Part shown: positions 14,901 to 28,387 of the stretch, one piece after another | How positions within the stretch are numbered: position 1 is the stretch's first letter | Layout of the letters: every line of letters begins with the position of its first letter | DNA from: Octopus vulgaris | Taxonomy: Eukaryota | Direction: 5' to 3' | Assembly (NCBI GenBank): GCA_951406725.2 | Contig: OX597830.1 | Coordinates: 41,292,001 to 41,356,000 of the forward strand | DNA length: 64,000 nucleotides | Notes under the pieces: model-generated | Databases searched by the model: none | Told to the model about the DNA's origin: nothing | What the model saw: only the letters and a program-made list of their open reading frames with translations | Translations under genes and position numbers: made by a program

Positions 14901-15324
14901 TATGTGTGTGTGTTATATGTATATATGTGTGTATGTATTGTGAAGGCACATGGCTTAGTAGTTAGTGTTTTCAGTTTGTAATTGTAAAGTCATGAGTTCA
15001 ATTCCGGACAGCATATTGTGTCTTTGATGCTGCAGTTCAGTCAACTGACAAAAGTGAGTTGTTGTACGGCCTTATTACATTCTGTGTCACACTAAATCTC
15101 TCTAAAAGCTACTTTAAGGATATGCATGTCTGTAGAGTTTTTTTCAAACACTTACACATTAATTTCACAAACAGGCTGTTCCATTGATCGGATCAGCTGG
15201 AACCCTCATCGTCATAAATGATGGAATGCCAGTTTTATATATATATGTACTATAAATGTAATAATTAATTTATATAGCATGCACATATAGTGTTTTGTTA
15301 TGCATGTGACACCCACCTACCCAC

Positions 15325-15393
15325 CCCAGTCTGTGCAAAAAAATTCTTGCATGAAACCAATCCATGGTTCAAAAAATGGTTGGGGATCCACTG
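15325..15393. mobile_element. hAT/Charlie-like terminal fragment
   Basis: ccagtctgtgcaaaaaaattcttgcatgaaaccaatccatggttcaaaaaatggttggggatccactg resembles the MER1/Charlie end (...aaaaaggttggggaccactg). Confidence 0.55.
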
Positions 15394-15502
15394 ATTTAGA
15401 GGAGAAAAGTTTCAGTGGAAATTATTATTGATATTGTTTCATTGTCTCTTCTTTTTCTATGTTCTTCTTCTCAATATTAATGTCATTTTTATTTCGTTCC
15501 AG

Positions 15503-18500
15503 ATACCAAACCTCGCAAGAGATCAAAGAGTAAAGTTCACCCCAGTCCATACGATGGAATATTAGTGTCTCAACTCTTAGCTGAACGAGACCAACTTAAA
15601 CTGGCATCGTCTTTAAACTCAACCGTATTAGCTAATAAAACTGCTGGTGTTAACAATATTACTTCTCAGTCATCAACTCCACAACAGCCACCTTCTAATC
15701 ACAATTCTGAAACTGCTCAGCCAACTTCACCTCCAGCTGACATCATTAAATCTCCTGTTTTTATTACGATACAACAGAACACTAGTGAACAACAGAACGG
15801 TAGTGAGCAACAGCCTCTGTTACAGACTGATGCACTAAAAGAGACATGTAAAAAACTGTTTATGTCAGTCGATCAAACTGATGAAGTAGGTTCTCTCAAC
15901 TGCCATGGTTCAAGTAAATTAGACTTTAGTCCAGATCATACGCATCCAAACAACATTCAAAGTCCAGTTCTTAATCTTCAAAGTCAGTCAGCATTTGCTG
16001 CGTTAGGCATTCAGCCCAGTCCTCTCACTATCCAAACTGTCTTTCCATCTGATCAGTTTAAGAACCAACTGTTTCTACAACCATCTCCTCTTACGCCTCT
16101 AACTGCTGGACATCCTGCTTTTACTCCATATCAGAACCAAGCTGGAGCAGCTGCTGCCGCTGCTGCTGCTGCTCTCAACTTCCAGCTGTCTGGAAATACA
16201 GTTCTCACCACTCCTGCTGGCTTCTATCCTCAGCTCAATCAGACCAATTCCATGCTATTCCACATGCAGACAATTGGAAACCAAAAGTTTGCATCCCCTT
16301 TAATAACACAAAATTCTTTGCAAGATGGTATTTATACAGGCAATATCTTGAGTCAGTTGTATTCTCCAGTTAGTGACACGGTAGCATCAGAGACTGTTAA
16401 GAACGGTAAGGTAAAAAGAATGCGTTCTAAAAGAGAAAAGAAAAAATACAATAGTATATCAGAACATAAGGGCACATGTAACAAAAAACACAAACTGCTT
16501 TCTCAAGCAAGTCCTCCTAGCAAATATATACCGGCTTCATTTATCGACAATCCTGTTGGCTACCTTGCTCAACAGACTGAAATCGTAAATGGCTCTATTG
16601 CTTCATCTGCAAGAACAGAACAGTTGGTAGAGCCTGCTCAGGAAGTTCTAGGATCACCACATAAACAAGGAATAACTAACTGGAAAGAACCAAATGGTAA
16701 CATATGGGTTCATACTGAGCAACAATCTCCTACTTCTGTTTTCAACTCTTCTTCACTTCCTCAGAATTCATCAACCAGTTCATGTAAAGCCGTTCTACAA
16801 AAAACTTCCAAATCATCTTCTTCACCTTCTGCTGATCATCCAAAAGTATTATCACCAAGGGAAAAAGTATCTATATCTTCACCTAATTCAAATGAAAAAT
16901 CTGAAATTCTTACTAAATCTCCTGACACTGTTAAAAACAGCTCGTTGTTAAACGCTTCTTTGCTGAACTCATCTGGTGCAGTGATTAATGCATGTTCTAC
17001 ATCAAGTTCAGTGCCAGGAACTGACAGTTCTTTAGCCATGTCATCTGCAACCACTAAAAGTCCTTCAAAATCAAAAATCAGTTCTGGCTCTGGAAAATCT
17101 AGTTCATCTCATCAGAATCATGTGAGTGCAGCAACGACAACACAAAATGCTAACAAAAAGTTAAAACATGTACACAAGTCAAGAACGCGCCCAAACATTC
17201 TGTCTAAAGCAACAACAACAACATCAGCATCAGTACCAACAACTGCTGCAAACCCAACAAATAGCACTTGTCAAACATTAGCACAATTTACAATCAGTCC
17301 AAACATCAATTCTACATCAAGTATATCACCTAACTGCTTACAACAAATTCTAAATCACAGCGGGGAATTCCCTGCAAGTAATCTTTTATCAGCTGCTGCA
17401 CGGGCCCAGCTATCACGACCTCCTGCTCCATCCATCAATGTACTTTTGGGGCAGCAGATTATAGGATCACCTCAGATTAATCAGCCCTTGCAATTAAATG
17501 TCAACCTTTCTCCTACATCTACTAACTACACTATGCCATCCAGCATTTCAACAACTTCTGCCTCAAAACTGCCCTGTGCAATAGGAACTTGTTTTGGCCT
17601 TACTCCTGGACAGAATACACCCTTATTGTTTCAACAGGCTGGAACGTCTGCTAATAATGGAATTACCGGTGGCACTGGACTTTCACACAATCTCACTGCT
17701 GCTGCAGCTGCCTTGACCAATTTGCAGCAGAACTCCATCTCAAGTGTGATTGGTCAGTCAACATCTACATCTGCTGCACCATCCCCTGGTACTTTTACTG
17801 GTACATTTCAGACGATGCTTTCATCTCCAAATCACAAAGTAACAATACCAACAGTGACCAGCAATCGCAAGGACAGCACTGCACAGACTGTGCCATTACC
17901 AACATCAGATAACCCCACAGTGAAGCAAGGAGAATGCCAACAAAGAAATAAAAATTGTTCAAAAGAAAACAGTCCTAATTTCACCAAAGTAGCAATAGAA
18001 GACCTGCCTGAGAAGTTGTTATCTAGTTTAGATAATAACGTCTTACCAAATATGGCTCAGTGCATCAATCCCCAATTGACAAACCTCGGAGTTAATCTCA
18101 TGAACAATCAATTTCCTTTTGTTGCTATGAATGCACCGATGCCACCTATGTCCTTACCTATGGTATCAGCTGTAACCAACACCCTAACTCATCTGATTCC
18201 TGCTGTTGGTATCTCACAAACATCTCTAAACCATTCTCCCATAATGCAAGTTGTTGGAACCTTAGGTAACCAATCTGGTGCCAACCCACTTCTGATAGCC
18301 AGTCCTCTGCCTGTAAATGGCTCCAGTCATCAACAAATAGGAATGCTTCATTCCCAGCTCTCTGACAATCTGACCCCAGATTCCAGTAGCCAGCCCCAGA
18401 AACTATTGACAAGTCCACAGGTGCCAACTAGTACAACAGCTTGCATTGTTTCAAACATCAAAGAGAATTCTTCTAACATGTGCCAGTCCGCGTGCGTTGC

Positions 18501-20236
18501 TGACTCTGTTTCTCCTATACAAAATAAATCTGCACCACAGAAGGCCTACTCAGACAGTGCACTTTCTTGTGCAACCAACTGCCCCATCCACACAAAATTA
18601 TCCAATTGCAACAGAACACCAACTGTAGATAAAACAAGTCCAACTGTTGCAAACAACTTATCTCAGTTTTCAACAGCTCAGTTTGTTGTTGTCCCCAACA
18701 TGCAGATGCCTTTGTTACAAATCCTCGGTACAGGAATACCTACTGAGTACAATAAAATCAACTTCTCAGCAACTCCATTCTTAAACCCTGCCATGGACCT
18801 ACCGACGCTATTAAGTCCTAATCATGGCAACAGTTTTGAGAACAGCAGCAATATATATAGTTTATCAGCAAACTGGGGGGGTTTAGGAAACACCAATATG
18901 TCGGTGCCACTTCAAGCCGTTCACCTACAACAGCAGCTGCTTCACATGAGTCAGTTGAACCAAACTATACAGGGGGAGTCCACTTTCTACTTGGATAAAG
19001 CAACAGCTGACACACTTACCAACTCTGACACATCAGATAACTTTGAAGAGGTTTGCTCTTTAGTTAGCCCCTGTTTGCAAGAAACTGTTGATACCAATGG
19101 TGCTGGTAAATTGGTATGTTTGAGGAAAATAGAAGATTCTTTAGATGCTGTTACTCCAGATTATAGCAGTATAGATGTCTCGGGAGGACACAGAAACGAA
19201 TTATCCGCAACATTAAAGCCGTCCATGGCTCATCAAAAAGAGCTGACTGATACAGCATCAGTTCCAAATGACATCTCAGAAGATGCGCCAACACCCAGCT
19301 CTTCACTTTCTGAAGCATCTTTATCATGTGGCCTTGATAGAAGTTTCCCTGTTAGTATACAGGAGAGGGGAAGCAAGTCTCCATCTCCTGTTTCTCTGCC
19401 CTATGATAATAGCTATCAATCCACTAAACATTCATCAGATATGCAAGTGCTCTCTTCTACCCTCTGCTCTTGGAGCAATCATATTTCTGAAAGTGGAACT
19501 AATAACTGTGTTAGTCAGATGCAGGAACCTTCTCAAATAACCTTGTTACAATCTTCTGCAGTGGATGGTGCTGTTGTTGAAATGTCAGACAAAAAACAAA
19601 CTCCACATCATGGTGTGCAATCTAAGAACATTGAAATATCTGACCAAATCGCCAACAGCGAAATCAGGTTTGAACCTACAGACTGCCAAGAATCCAATGA
19701 AAATAAAAATTTGGATGATTTACTAAAAAATGGCCCCTCTCATGTATTTATGAAGAATTTTTCCTCAACAGAAGAGGAGGATGACCAAACAACCTGCAGT
19801 TATTCAGAAGATTCTCTTTCTAACCGTTCCCCTGAAAATAGCCAGGCTGCAACTCAAAGCTCAGATGAACCTCCGCTTAACAAATTGAATTCTTACAACA
19901 ATTCTTCAACTCTTAACAATAACCAAGAGTCGGAGAATTGTTTACAGAAATCTAAATTGGATGATGAAAAAACCATCGATGACTTTTGTTTTGATAAAGT
20001 CAGCAGTTCTAACGATGCAGTAGTTAAGTCTCCACCAGAAAATCAGATTTCATGTTCTTTGGAAACTGAAAACAAAGTGTTAACTGCTACTGTTGCTGCT
20101 GACAACTACAAACAGAAAGCCATCAATGAGTTTTTCTCAACAACAAAACCCAATTTAGCAACTCATCAAACAGATACTATAGTTCGCCGAGGAATGAAAC
20201 GGCTTAGAGAACACTGTAGAAATCACATATTTGATG
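15503..20236 (+). CDS. MBD5: Large 4734-bp internal coding exon of an MBD5/6-like protein (low-complexity S/T/Q/P-rich middle region)
   Basis: Open frame over 4.7 kb. Acceptor ttttatttcgttccAG at 15501-15502 and donor GATG|GTAAGA at 20237, phase 1 at both ends. Contains EFPASNLLSAAARAQL, which matches the FPASxLLSAAA(K/R)AQL motif I recall from vertebrate MBD5/6, and splices in frame to the PWWP exons. Confidence 0.9.
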
Positions 20237-20243
20237 GTAAGAC

Positions 20244-20278
<35 letters not shown>

Positions 20279-20300
20279 CATAGTCATTGTTATTATTATT

Positions 20301-21030
20301 AAGGTAGTGAGCTGCCAGAACCATTATCATGCCAGTTAAAATGCTTAGCGGCATTTCATCCATCTTTATGTTCTGAGTTCAAATTCTGCCAAGGTCATCT
20401 TTACCTTTCATCCTTTCAATGTTGATGAAATAAGCTCCAGTTGAGCAGTGGGTCGATGAAATTGACTGGCCCCAAGTTGGCAGAATCATTAGCATGTTGG
20501 ATAAATTGTTTAAGGGCATTTCATTTGTCTTTGTTCTGAATTTAAATTCCACTGAGGTGGACTTTGTCTTTCAACCTTTCAGGGTCAATAAAATAAGTAC
20601 CAGTTGAGTACTGGGGTCGATGTAATCAATTAGTCCCCTCCTCCAAAATTTCAGGTCTTGTGCCTTCAGTAGAAAGGATTATTATTATTATTATTTATTG
20701 TCTTTGTATAGCTTCTAATGCTGGAGATATGTTACGGTGCCAGCAGTGAACTAAGGTAGTACCCCTTAGTTTTTGAGCACCATCTGGAATATTCAAGCAG
20801 TTCCACCATTATTGCAACCCCTATTTGTCCTTATTATTATTATTATTATTATTATTAAAATGGCAATCTTGCAGAATTGTTAGCATGCTAGACAAAATTC
20901 TTAGCAGCATTTTGTCCTTCCTTACATTCTGAGTTCAAATTCCACCGAGGTTGGCTTTGCTTTTCATCCTTTTGTTGTCGATAAAATAAGAACCAGTTAA
21001 GCACTGGGGTCAATGTAATTAACTAATCCC
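20301..21030 (+). mobile_element. Three family A SINE copies
   Basis: Same consensus as 45221-45437; (TTA)n tails. Confidence 0.8.
20694..20831 (-). mobile_element. Decayed R4/Dong-like 3' end in a (TTA)n tract
   Basis: Minus strand GQIGVAIMVE / GTA*IFQMVLKN*, resembling GTARILRxVL; flanked by (TTA)n on both sides. Confidence 0.55.
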
Positions 21031-21384
21031 CAGTTATTATTTTTATAATTGTTATTGTTCCTGTTATTGTTAAATTGTAAAACTGGTGGAGCACCGGACA
21101 GAATGCTTTGTTTGTGTTATGTTCAGAACTGAAATTTAACCCCACTTTTGTTTGTCTTTCTTTGAAGGTTGTTAAAATAAGATGTTCTAGTGATGTTCTA
21201 TGGACAATATAAAAAAAAAAAGACCTCACAAGCTATTTTGTCCAACACTCACATTTCTACAAATGCTCTACCTTTAATAACATAGGTACAAGACCAGATA
21301 GTTGGGGCAGTAGATTTGAACTCTAGACCCATAAGTTTGCAGTTCAGTACTGTATACAATCAATAATGTGTCTATAAGAGAGTC

Positions 21385-22140
21385 TCTGTGCATTTACTTC
21401 ACCATTTATTTTCATAGGGACCATTTATTCTGCATTTACTTTACCATTTATTTTCATAGGGATCACATATGCTAGATTTTCACTTTTATAACCATAAAAT
21501 CTCATTTTATAACAATGTGAACTGACTTTTTAACAATATGGCCCCTATTTTAGGACCACAAGGCCCCATTTTTTAACAACATGAACTTATTTTGAAACAT
21601 TATCGCCCCCAATTTTAAAACAATATCACATTTCCTAATGACATCTTTATACCTGCATGGCCCTTTTTATTACCACCTAACTCCAATATACAACAAACTG
21701 TGAGGCTCATAATTTATAACAGTGTTTCCATTATTTAAACATCCATTTCCTTTAATCACACCTCATGGAGCATTGACCATCAGCAACATTTCTCCAGTTC
21801 TTGACTCTGGACTGTCATTTCTGCTTTTCTCCCATTGGAGAATTCTACTTTCCCACAACGCCCGGTCTGGGAATCGAAACCACGATCCTACGACTGTGAA
21901 TGATGTCAATGATGATGATAATGATGATATAGTGTCATTTAAAAGCAACAAGATACTATCGTAAAATATGGCCCAGTATCATCACCACATGTTATAACAC
22001 TATGAGTCCCATTTTATAACAAGACAGCTCCTTTATAACAGCATGGAGCTATTTCATAACATGGTGGTTGCATATCATAACCATAATTATCCCTTTTTTT
22101 TTCTTTTTTTTTTTTTTGACACCATTCTATAACATGAAGC
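21385..22140. repeat. Degenerate ~20-bp minisatellite (cccattttataacaacatg-like)
   Basis: Recurrent attttataac/aacatg units; near-exact 37-bp duplication at 21389-21460. Confidence 0.55.
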
Positions 22141-22619
22141 TCTCTTTAAAGACCAGATGATCTGAACATGACTTTAATGTTAATCAGATACTGAATTTCA
22201 ACTGAAACCATAGAACAAAACATTTTGATATTGGATCTGTTCAATCTGTGCATTGGTCTTAAGCATTTGACTGGCTGCCTCTGCTTCCTCTCTACTACCA
22301 CCACCATCACTATTAGCCTGCTCACAGTTGCTCAATGTCATTACCCCTAATTATATCATTCCCCACAATGATTTTCTGTTGCACTGAGATTAATTAACAA
22401 AAAAATAAATCAAACTTTTTACGAGGCCTAAGCGGTGGCAACTTGCAGAAAGAGAAAAAAGAGACTAGTTATATTATATAGGTCTGATTTGTTTTTGTAT
22501 TTTCTTTTATTTTTTTCCTTCCTTTAGACTTGTTTTCTCCAAAAATGATCCTAACACTTTCCTTGTCTACATGTATGTATGTATGTATGTATGGATTGTT
22601 TGAAGTGATATACAGCTTT

Positions 22620-23065
22620 TATCATCATCATCATCATCATCATCGTTTAATGTCCGCTTTCCACAGTGAACCAGATGGCTGCACCAGACTCCAATCTGAT
22701 CTGGCAGAGTTTTTACAGCTGGATGCCCTTCCTAACGCCAACCACTCCGAGAGTGTAGTGGGTGTTTTTGCGTGCCACCAGCACGAGGGCCAGTCAGGTG
22801 GTACTAGCAACGGCCACGCTCAAATGGTGCTTTTTATGTGTCACCTGTACTGGAGCCAGTCCAGTGGCACTGGCAACAACCTCACTCAAATGTTTTTTCA
22901 CGTGCCACCAGTGCAAGTGCCAGTAAGGCAATGCAGGCAACAATCACACTCGAATGGTGTTTTTAACGTGCTATCGGCATGAAGGCCAGCTTGTTGCTCT
23001 GGCAACGATCTCACTCGTATGGTACTCTTAGTGCTCCGCTAGCATGGATGCCAGTCATCGAATTT
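22620..23065 (-). mobile_element. Family D repeat with (CAT)n tail (others ~1066-1250, 4620-4817, 8970-9257, 33690-33965, 40270-40500, 57600-57775)
   Basis: Shared ttaggaagggcatccagctgtagaaac...ccagcatgga...ttaaatgatgatgat and internal gtggcacgtaaaaagcacc repeats. Confidence 0.75.
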
Positions 23066-23235
23066 GTATATATTAAGAAAAAAGTGGTAGTTAGAATTTT
23101 GGATAAAAATTATTTATTTAGCACTTTTTTTATGAATCTCTCAAAAGAGATGAAAACGCTAAATAAATAATTTTTATAAAAGTTCTGACTACCTTCTTTT
23201 TCATAACACACACACACTCACATACACATGTGCAC

Positions 23236-23266
<31 letters not shown>

Positions 23267-23304
23267 TGTATGTATGTATGTATATATATATATATATATA
23301 TGTG

Positions 23305-23640
23305 TAGGATAGGGTGCTCCGAAAGGGGTCTCAAGGAGTAGCATCCCTGCCTCCTGAGCTTGTTTTCCACTGCATTCTTAAAAATCGTGGTAGAGCCCTT
23401 AGTCTCAGGGCCACTCATGTTTAGAAACTGAGGTTGGGAGTAAGCAAGGGCATGCTCTCTATAGAAAATCCAACCCCCAAAAAGCTTCATGATAGCAAAG
23501 GAGAATGGGCACCAGCCAGCCAGCCAGCCCAAAGGTTGGGGTGGGCTGCACCTGCCTACCTTGGTTGCTATGGCATTGAGGTAGATCCGGCCACCCCTGT
23601 TAACAGGGACAAAACACGGATTTAAAACACTGGATGATGA

Positions 23641-23641
<1 letters not shown>
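23305..23641 (+). mobile_element. GC-rich retroposon-like insert with RTE-like tail
   Basis: Ends ccggccacccctgttaacagggacaaaacacggatttaaaacactggatgatgat; sits between microsatellites. Confidence 0.4.
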
Positions 23642-23706
<65 letters not shown>

Positions 23707-23772
23707 CGTGTATGTATGTGCTAAAACATGAAAATCTTGGACCTTGAGTCACTGTTACTTCTGCTAAATATT

Positions 23773-23803
<31 letters not shown>

Positions 23804-24116
23804 CCATATATTCTATATTAGGTACAGTTGTCGTTGTATGGTGAGAAATTTGCTTCCTTATTACATGGTTCTGGGTTCAACATCTGGTACAAGTGTCTTC
23901 TACTAAGCTCCAGGTTGACCAAACCCTTGTCAGTGGATTTGGTAGACATAACTTGATAGAAGGCTGTCATATTTAATATAATAAATGCGTAAACTAATAT
24001 CTGTGTGTCAGTGTGTCACACTTCGACCGCCCTCTCTCACTATACATTGACATTCCTACTATTGCTCATGGTTAGAGCATCGAAGGTTCAATGCTCTAAC
24101 CACTGAGCCATGCGCC

Positions 24117-24154
<38 letters not shown>

Positions 24155-26274
24155 TAATCATCTGTGTGTGTGTGGATCTAGTAACTTGCACTCATTATGA
24201 GTGACTTTTTGCACTAAGATTACAGATGTAGTGCCTCCCTGTCGTGTGAAAAAGACACAACAGTATGGTGAAGCCATCACTACATCCTGAACATCAACAA
24301 CACTTCAACGATGGATACAACTGCATGAGCAACTGGATGGTCATAACTGCTCCCACCTATGTCACACATGTACACATACACGTACACACACAGATGCACT
24401 CTCGGCAAACCACTTACATGTATATGAGACATTTGGATGCAGCTGCCACATCCATACTCACAAATGCATACACACAGACACACACACCAACGCATCACAA
24501 AATAAGAGAACACAGACAAGCAATAGAAAAAGAATATTACACACACATCATACTTGCTTGTATACATGCACTCTATTAACACTGATATCTCCCAATTTAT
24601 CTCCCTTTTTTTCACTCTTCAACTACTAACCTCACTCGCCAAGGTGGTTCTGACTTTGGCAACTTGTGGTTTTTCCGCTTCTTGATTTCTTTTGTCTATC
24701 CATTTTCCCTTTCTATTCTTTCCCCTTTTTCTTTATCATTCTTCTTTTTCTATATTTCCTTCTTCTCTTTCATTTCCTTTGTGTCCAAAATGTTAAAAGC
24801 ATTTTCATCGTATTTTCCTCAATGTTAAACTAATACCCTACTATTTTTGTTTTAATTTCTGGGTTTTTTTTTCACTGTTTTTTTTTTATGCTGCATTATA
24901 TCCTCCTCTTCATCATCATCACCATCATGTTGATGTCCACATTTCCATTCTTGCACAAGTCAAACAGAATTCATTAATGCAGGTTTTCTATGGTTAGAGA
25001 GACCCTTCTTGTCACCAACCCCCATTTGTTTCCAAGCAAGATGATATTTCCCTGTGACCAGACATGTTTTCAAGGAAAATTAAGAAAGGAAATGACCATG
25101 CAATGTCAAGACCAGGAGACAGTAACACCTCCCCCCACACACACACACACACACACTTAATCACTTGGATACTTATTGTATTAATGCCTACTTTTCAATG
25201 CTTGCATGGATCAGATGAACCTTAGTCAAAGCAGATTTCTTGATACCTACATGCTATTTCTGTTGCCAACCCCAACTTCTTTCCAACTAAGAAAATATTT
25301 CCTTTGTACTTCAAACAACTCAGTGAAACTTTGCAATTAAATGACATTGGTTGGATGACTGGGGACTTTCTGTTTACAAACAGCTATTATCTCTTATTTT
25401 TTACTTGTTTCAGTCATTAGACTGCGTCCATACTGGGGCACTGCCTTGAATTTTTAGTCAAATGAGTTGCCCATATTTTATTATTTTAAAGCCTGGTACT
25501 TAGTCTATCAGTCTCTTTGCCAAACAAACCAAGTTAAGGAACATAAACATACAAACACCAGTTGTTGAGAAGTATAGTGCAGGACAAATGCATGCATATG
25601 CGCACGCACACACACACACACACACATGACAGGCTTCTTTCAGTTTCCATTTACCAAATCTGCTCACTAGGCTCAGGTCAGCCCAGAGCTATAGTAGAAG
25701 ACATTTGCTCGAGGTGCTTTGCAGTGGGACTGAACCCAAGACCACATCGTTGGGAAGCAAGCTTCTTAACCACACAGCCATACTTGTCTTTAAAAAATGA
25801 TGAGGAAGCACATGTTGGATATTAATGTGTCTGTAAACAAAAGACAGGGTGGTCATGGCCAGAACAGCTTTAATCATGAGTTTGCTCACTGAAAACTTGA
25901 GACTAAACAAAAACTCTCAAAATCTCTTTGGGAGAATTAAGAGTCTGTCATTAATTTCCTTACCTCTCTGTCTGACTCCCTCTCTCTCTCTCCCCCTCTT
26001 TCTCTCCCTCGCTCTCTCTCTCACACATACAGTCTTTCTCTCCCACTCTCTCCCCCTCTCTCTCTCTCTCACACACATACAGTCTTTCTCTCCCACTCTC
26101 TCTCTCTCTCTCTCTTATTGAAATGATAAAAATGATAATGTCACTCTGTCTATCAACTCCATACCTCTCTGTTTGTCTGTTTCTCACTCTGTGTGTGTAT
26201 GTGTGTGTCTCTCTCTCTCTCTCTTTTATTGAAATGACAAAACTAATAATGTCACTCCGTCTATCATTTCTTAG

Positions 26275-26435
26275 ATGATGAGGATTCTATGGAAGAGCCT
26301 ATGATGCCAACATATCCAAGAATTTTCAATACTGGAGATTTGGTATGGGGTCAGATCAGAGGCTTTCCGTCGTGGCCTGGTAAACTCATTAACATTAGTG
26401 AGGTGAAGGGAAATCAGAAACCTGAAGCTGGTAAG
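26275..26435 (+). CDS. MBD5: Exon encoding N-terminal half of PWWP domain (DDEDSMEEP...FNTGDLVWGQIRGFPSWPGKL...PEAGK)
   Basis: Acceptor catttcttAG (26273-26274), phase 1 matching the previous exon; donor AAG|GTGAGT, phase 0. GDLVWGQIRGFPSWPGKL is a PWWP signature closely resembling MBD5 GDLVWGQIKGLTSWPGKL (recalled). Confidence 0.93.
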
Positions 26436-26840
26436 GTGAGTCACTCAGTTTTTTTTTCTGACCATGCTTTATATATGTAAATATATATATATAAGAGAAA
26501 ATGAGATGGCAAAGGAATAAATGATTATCTTATGAACTTCATTAACTTGCAGGTGTTTCTACTATAAGAAAAGGTGTTATTCAGGCACTCATGAGCCCAT
26601 TACACTTTGTAGCAGAGACCACTGCACTTAGTAACAACTCTGAGCCCATTACACCTTGTAGCAGAAACAGCTGTAAGCTAATGAAGTTCATAGGATAATC
26701 ATTTATTCCTTTATCATTTTTTTTTCTTATTACTGTTCTATACTCAGCCAACACTTTGTTCTGAAACAAACACATATTGAGTTCTACACCAAGTTATTAG
26801 TCTCACTATGCCTAAGTGAAATATTAAAAACATGTTTTAC

Positions 26841-26897
<57 letters not shown>

Positions 26898-27455
26898 GTC
26901 AAACCAAAGAGTGATATTTTAGAATCATTTAATATGTATGTTTCCGGTTTGCGTGATATATGATAGGAAATGCGTCCATTACGGAAGATCATTCTCAGTT
27001 AAAAACATTTCCAGTTGATGGAAATAGTTCATTATATAAAGTTAGAACAGTTACACATCAGCTACTGTATGTATGTGTATGTACGTATATATGTATGGAT
27101 GTGTGTGTGTATTCTTAAGCAAGAATATCATTGATAGTGACTTTGAAGTTTTGGCCAGTTAAGCCATTGTCAGACTGCAGTCAAATGATGACTTAACTGG
27201 CCAAAACTAAAGTAATACCTCAGATTGACGTAAAAGTATTTTCAGTATAACTGAACAGGAAAACAAATGTTAATTCATATATATATATAAATCTTTGTTA
27301 AATAAAATGAGACAACAAAGTCAAGGCTGTGAGGAAATGGTTGAATAAAAGGAAATAGTAGAGTTCAATATAAGGAGTTATTTTGGAAAAGGAAGCAAAT
27401 AAGGAGTATGCAGGGAAATAGGAGAATGAATGTAGAAATTAAAATAAGTATTATG

Positions 27456-27493
<38 letters not shown>

Positions 27494-27872
27494 GTGGAGG
27501 CGCAATGGCCCAGTAGTTAGGGTAGCAGACTCACAATCATAGTATCATAGTTTCAATTCCCAGGGTGGGCGTTGTGAGTGTTTATTAACCAAGAACACCT
27601 AAAGCTCCATGAGGCTCCGGCAGTGGGTAGAGATGAACCCTGCTGTATTCTTTCACCACAACTTATATATTTTTTCCTGTTTCTGTTGTATCTGAATTTC
27701 AAAGGGTCAACCTTGTCACACTCTGTGTCACCCTGAATCTCCCCGAGAACTATGTTAAGGGTACATGTGTCTGTGGAGTGCTCAGCCACTTGTACGTTAA
27801 TTTCACAAGCCGGCTGTTCTGTTGATCGGATCAACTGGAATCCTCGTCATCGTAACCAACAGAGTGCCACAA
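27494..27872 (+). mobile_element. Family C tRNA-derived SINE (related: 14940-15232; similar head at 42752-42990)
   Basis: ggaggcgcaatggcccagtagttaggg A-box and gtttcaattccc B-box; 3' part matches 15070-15232. Confidence 0.75.
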
Positions 27873-27894
27873 AATATATATAAATGTGTGTGTG

Positions 27895-27935
<41 letters not shown>

Positions 27936-27994
27936 GTATATTTTAAAATTTGTTGGGTTTTATGGGATACCTTTTCATAAATTCACATAACACA

Positions 27995-28135
<141 letters not shown>

Positions 28136-28353
28136 AATGTATGTATATGTATGCACACGTACCCAATGTCAGTGTGTCATAACATAGTGACTGTGTCATG
28201 GCAGAAATTACATGGAGGCCATTTTGACATTAACTTGTTTTTAACTCATTATTTATTTATGTAGTATATTTTGACTGAGGAGTGACAGAGGTAGGGATGG
28301 AAGGAGGCTCGGAAGGCTTTGTGGGGTGGGGGTGGAGATTGTGATTCACTTTT

Positions 28354-28387
<34 letters not shown>

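Noticed and set aside
15565-20283. 1572-aa ORF as a stand-alone single-exon gene
   Set aside because: The track start is a GTG, the frame extends upstream to a splice acceptor, and the poly-Leu end lies past a strong donor in a (TTA)n tract. It is an internal exon.
21385-22140. CRISPR-like repeat-spacer array
   Set aside because: Units are degenerate and contiguous without unique spacers; eukaryotic context with no cas genes.
23305-23641. HDV-like ribozyme in the RTE-like insert
   Set aside because: I could not build the nested double pseudoknot by eye; unsupported without a motif search.
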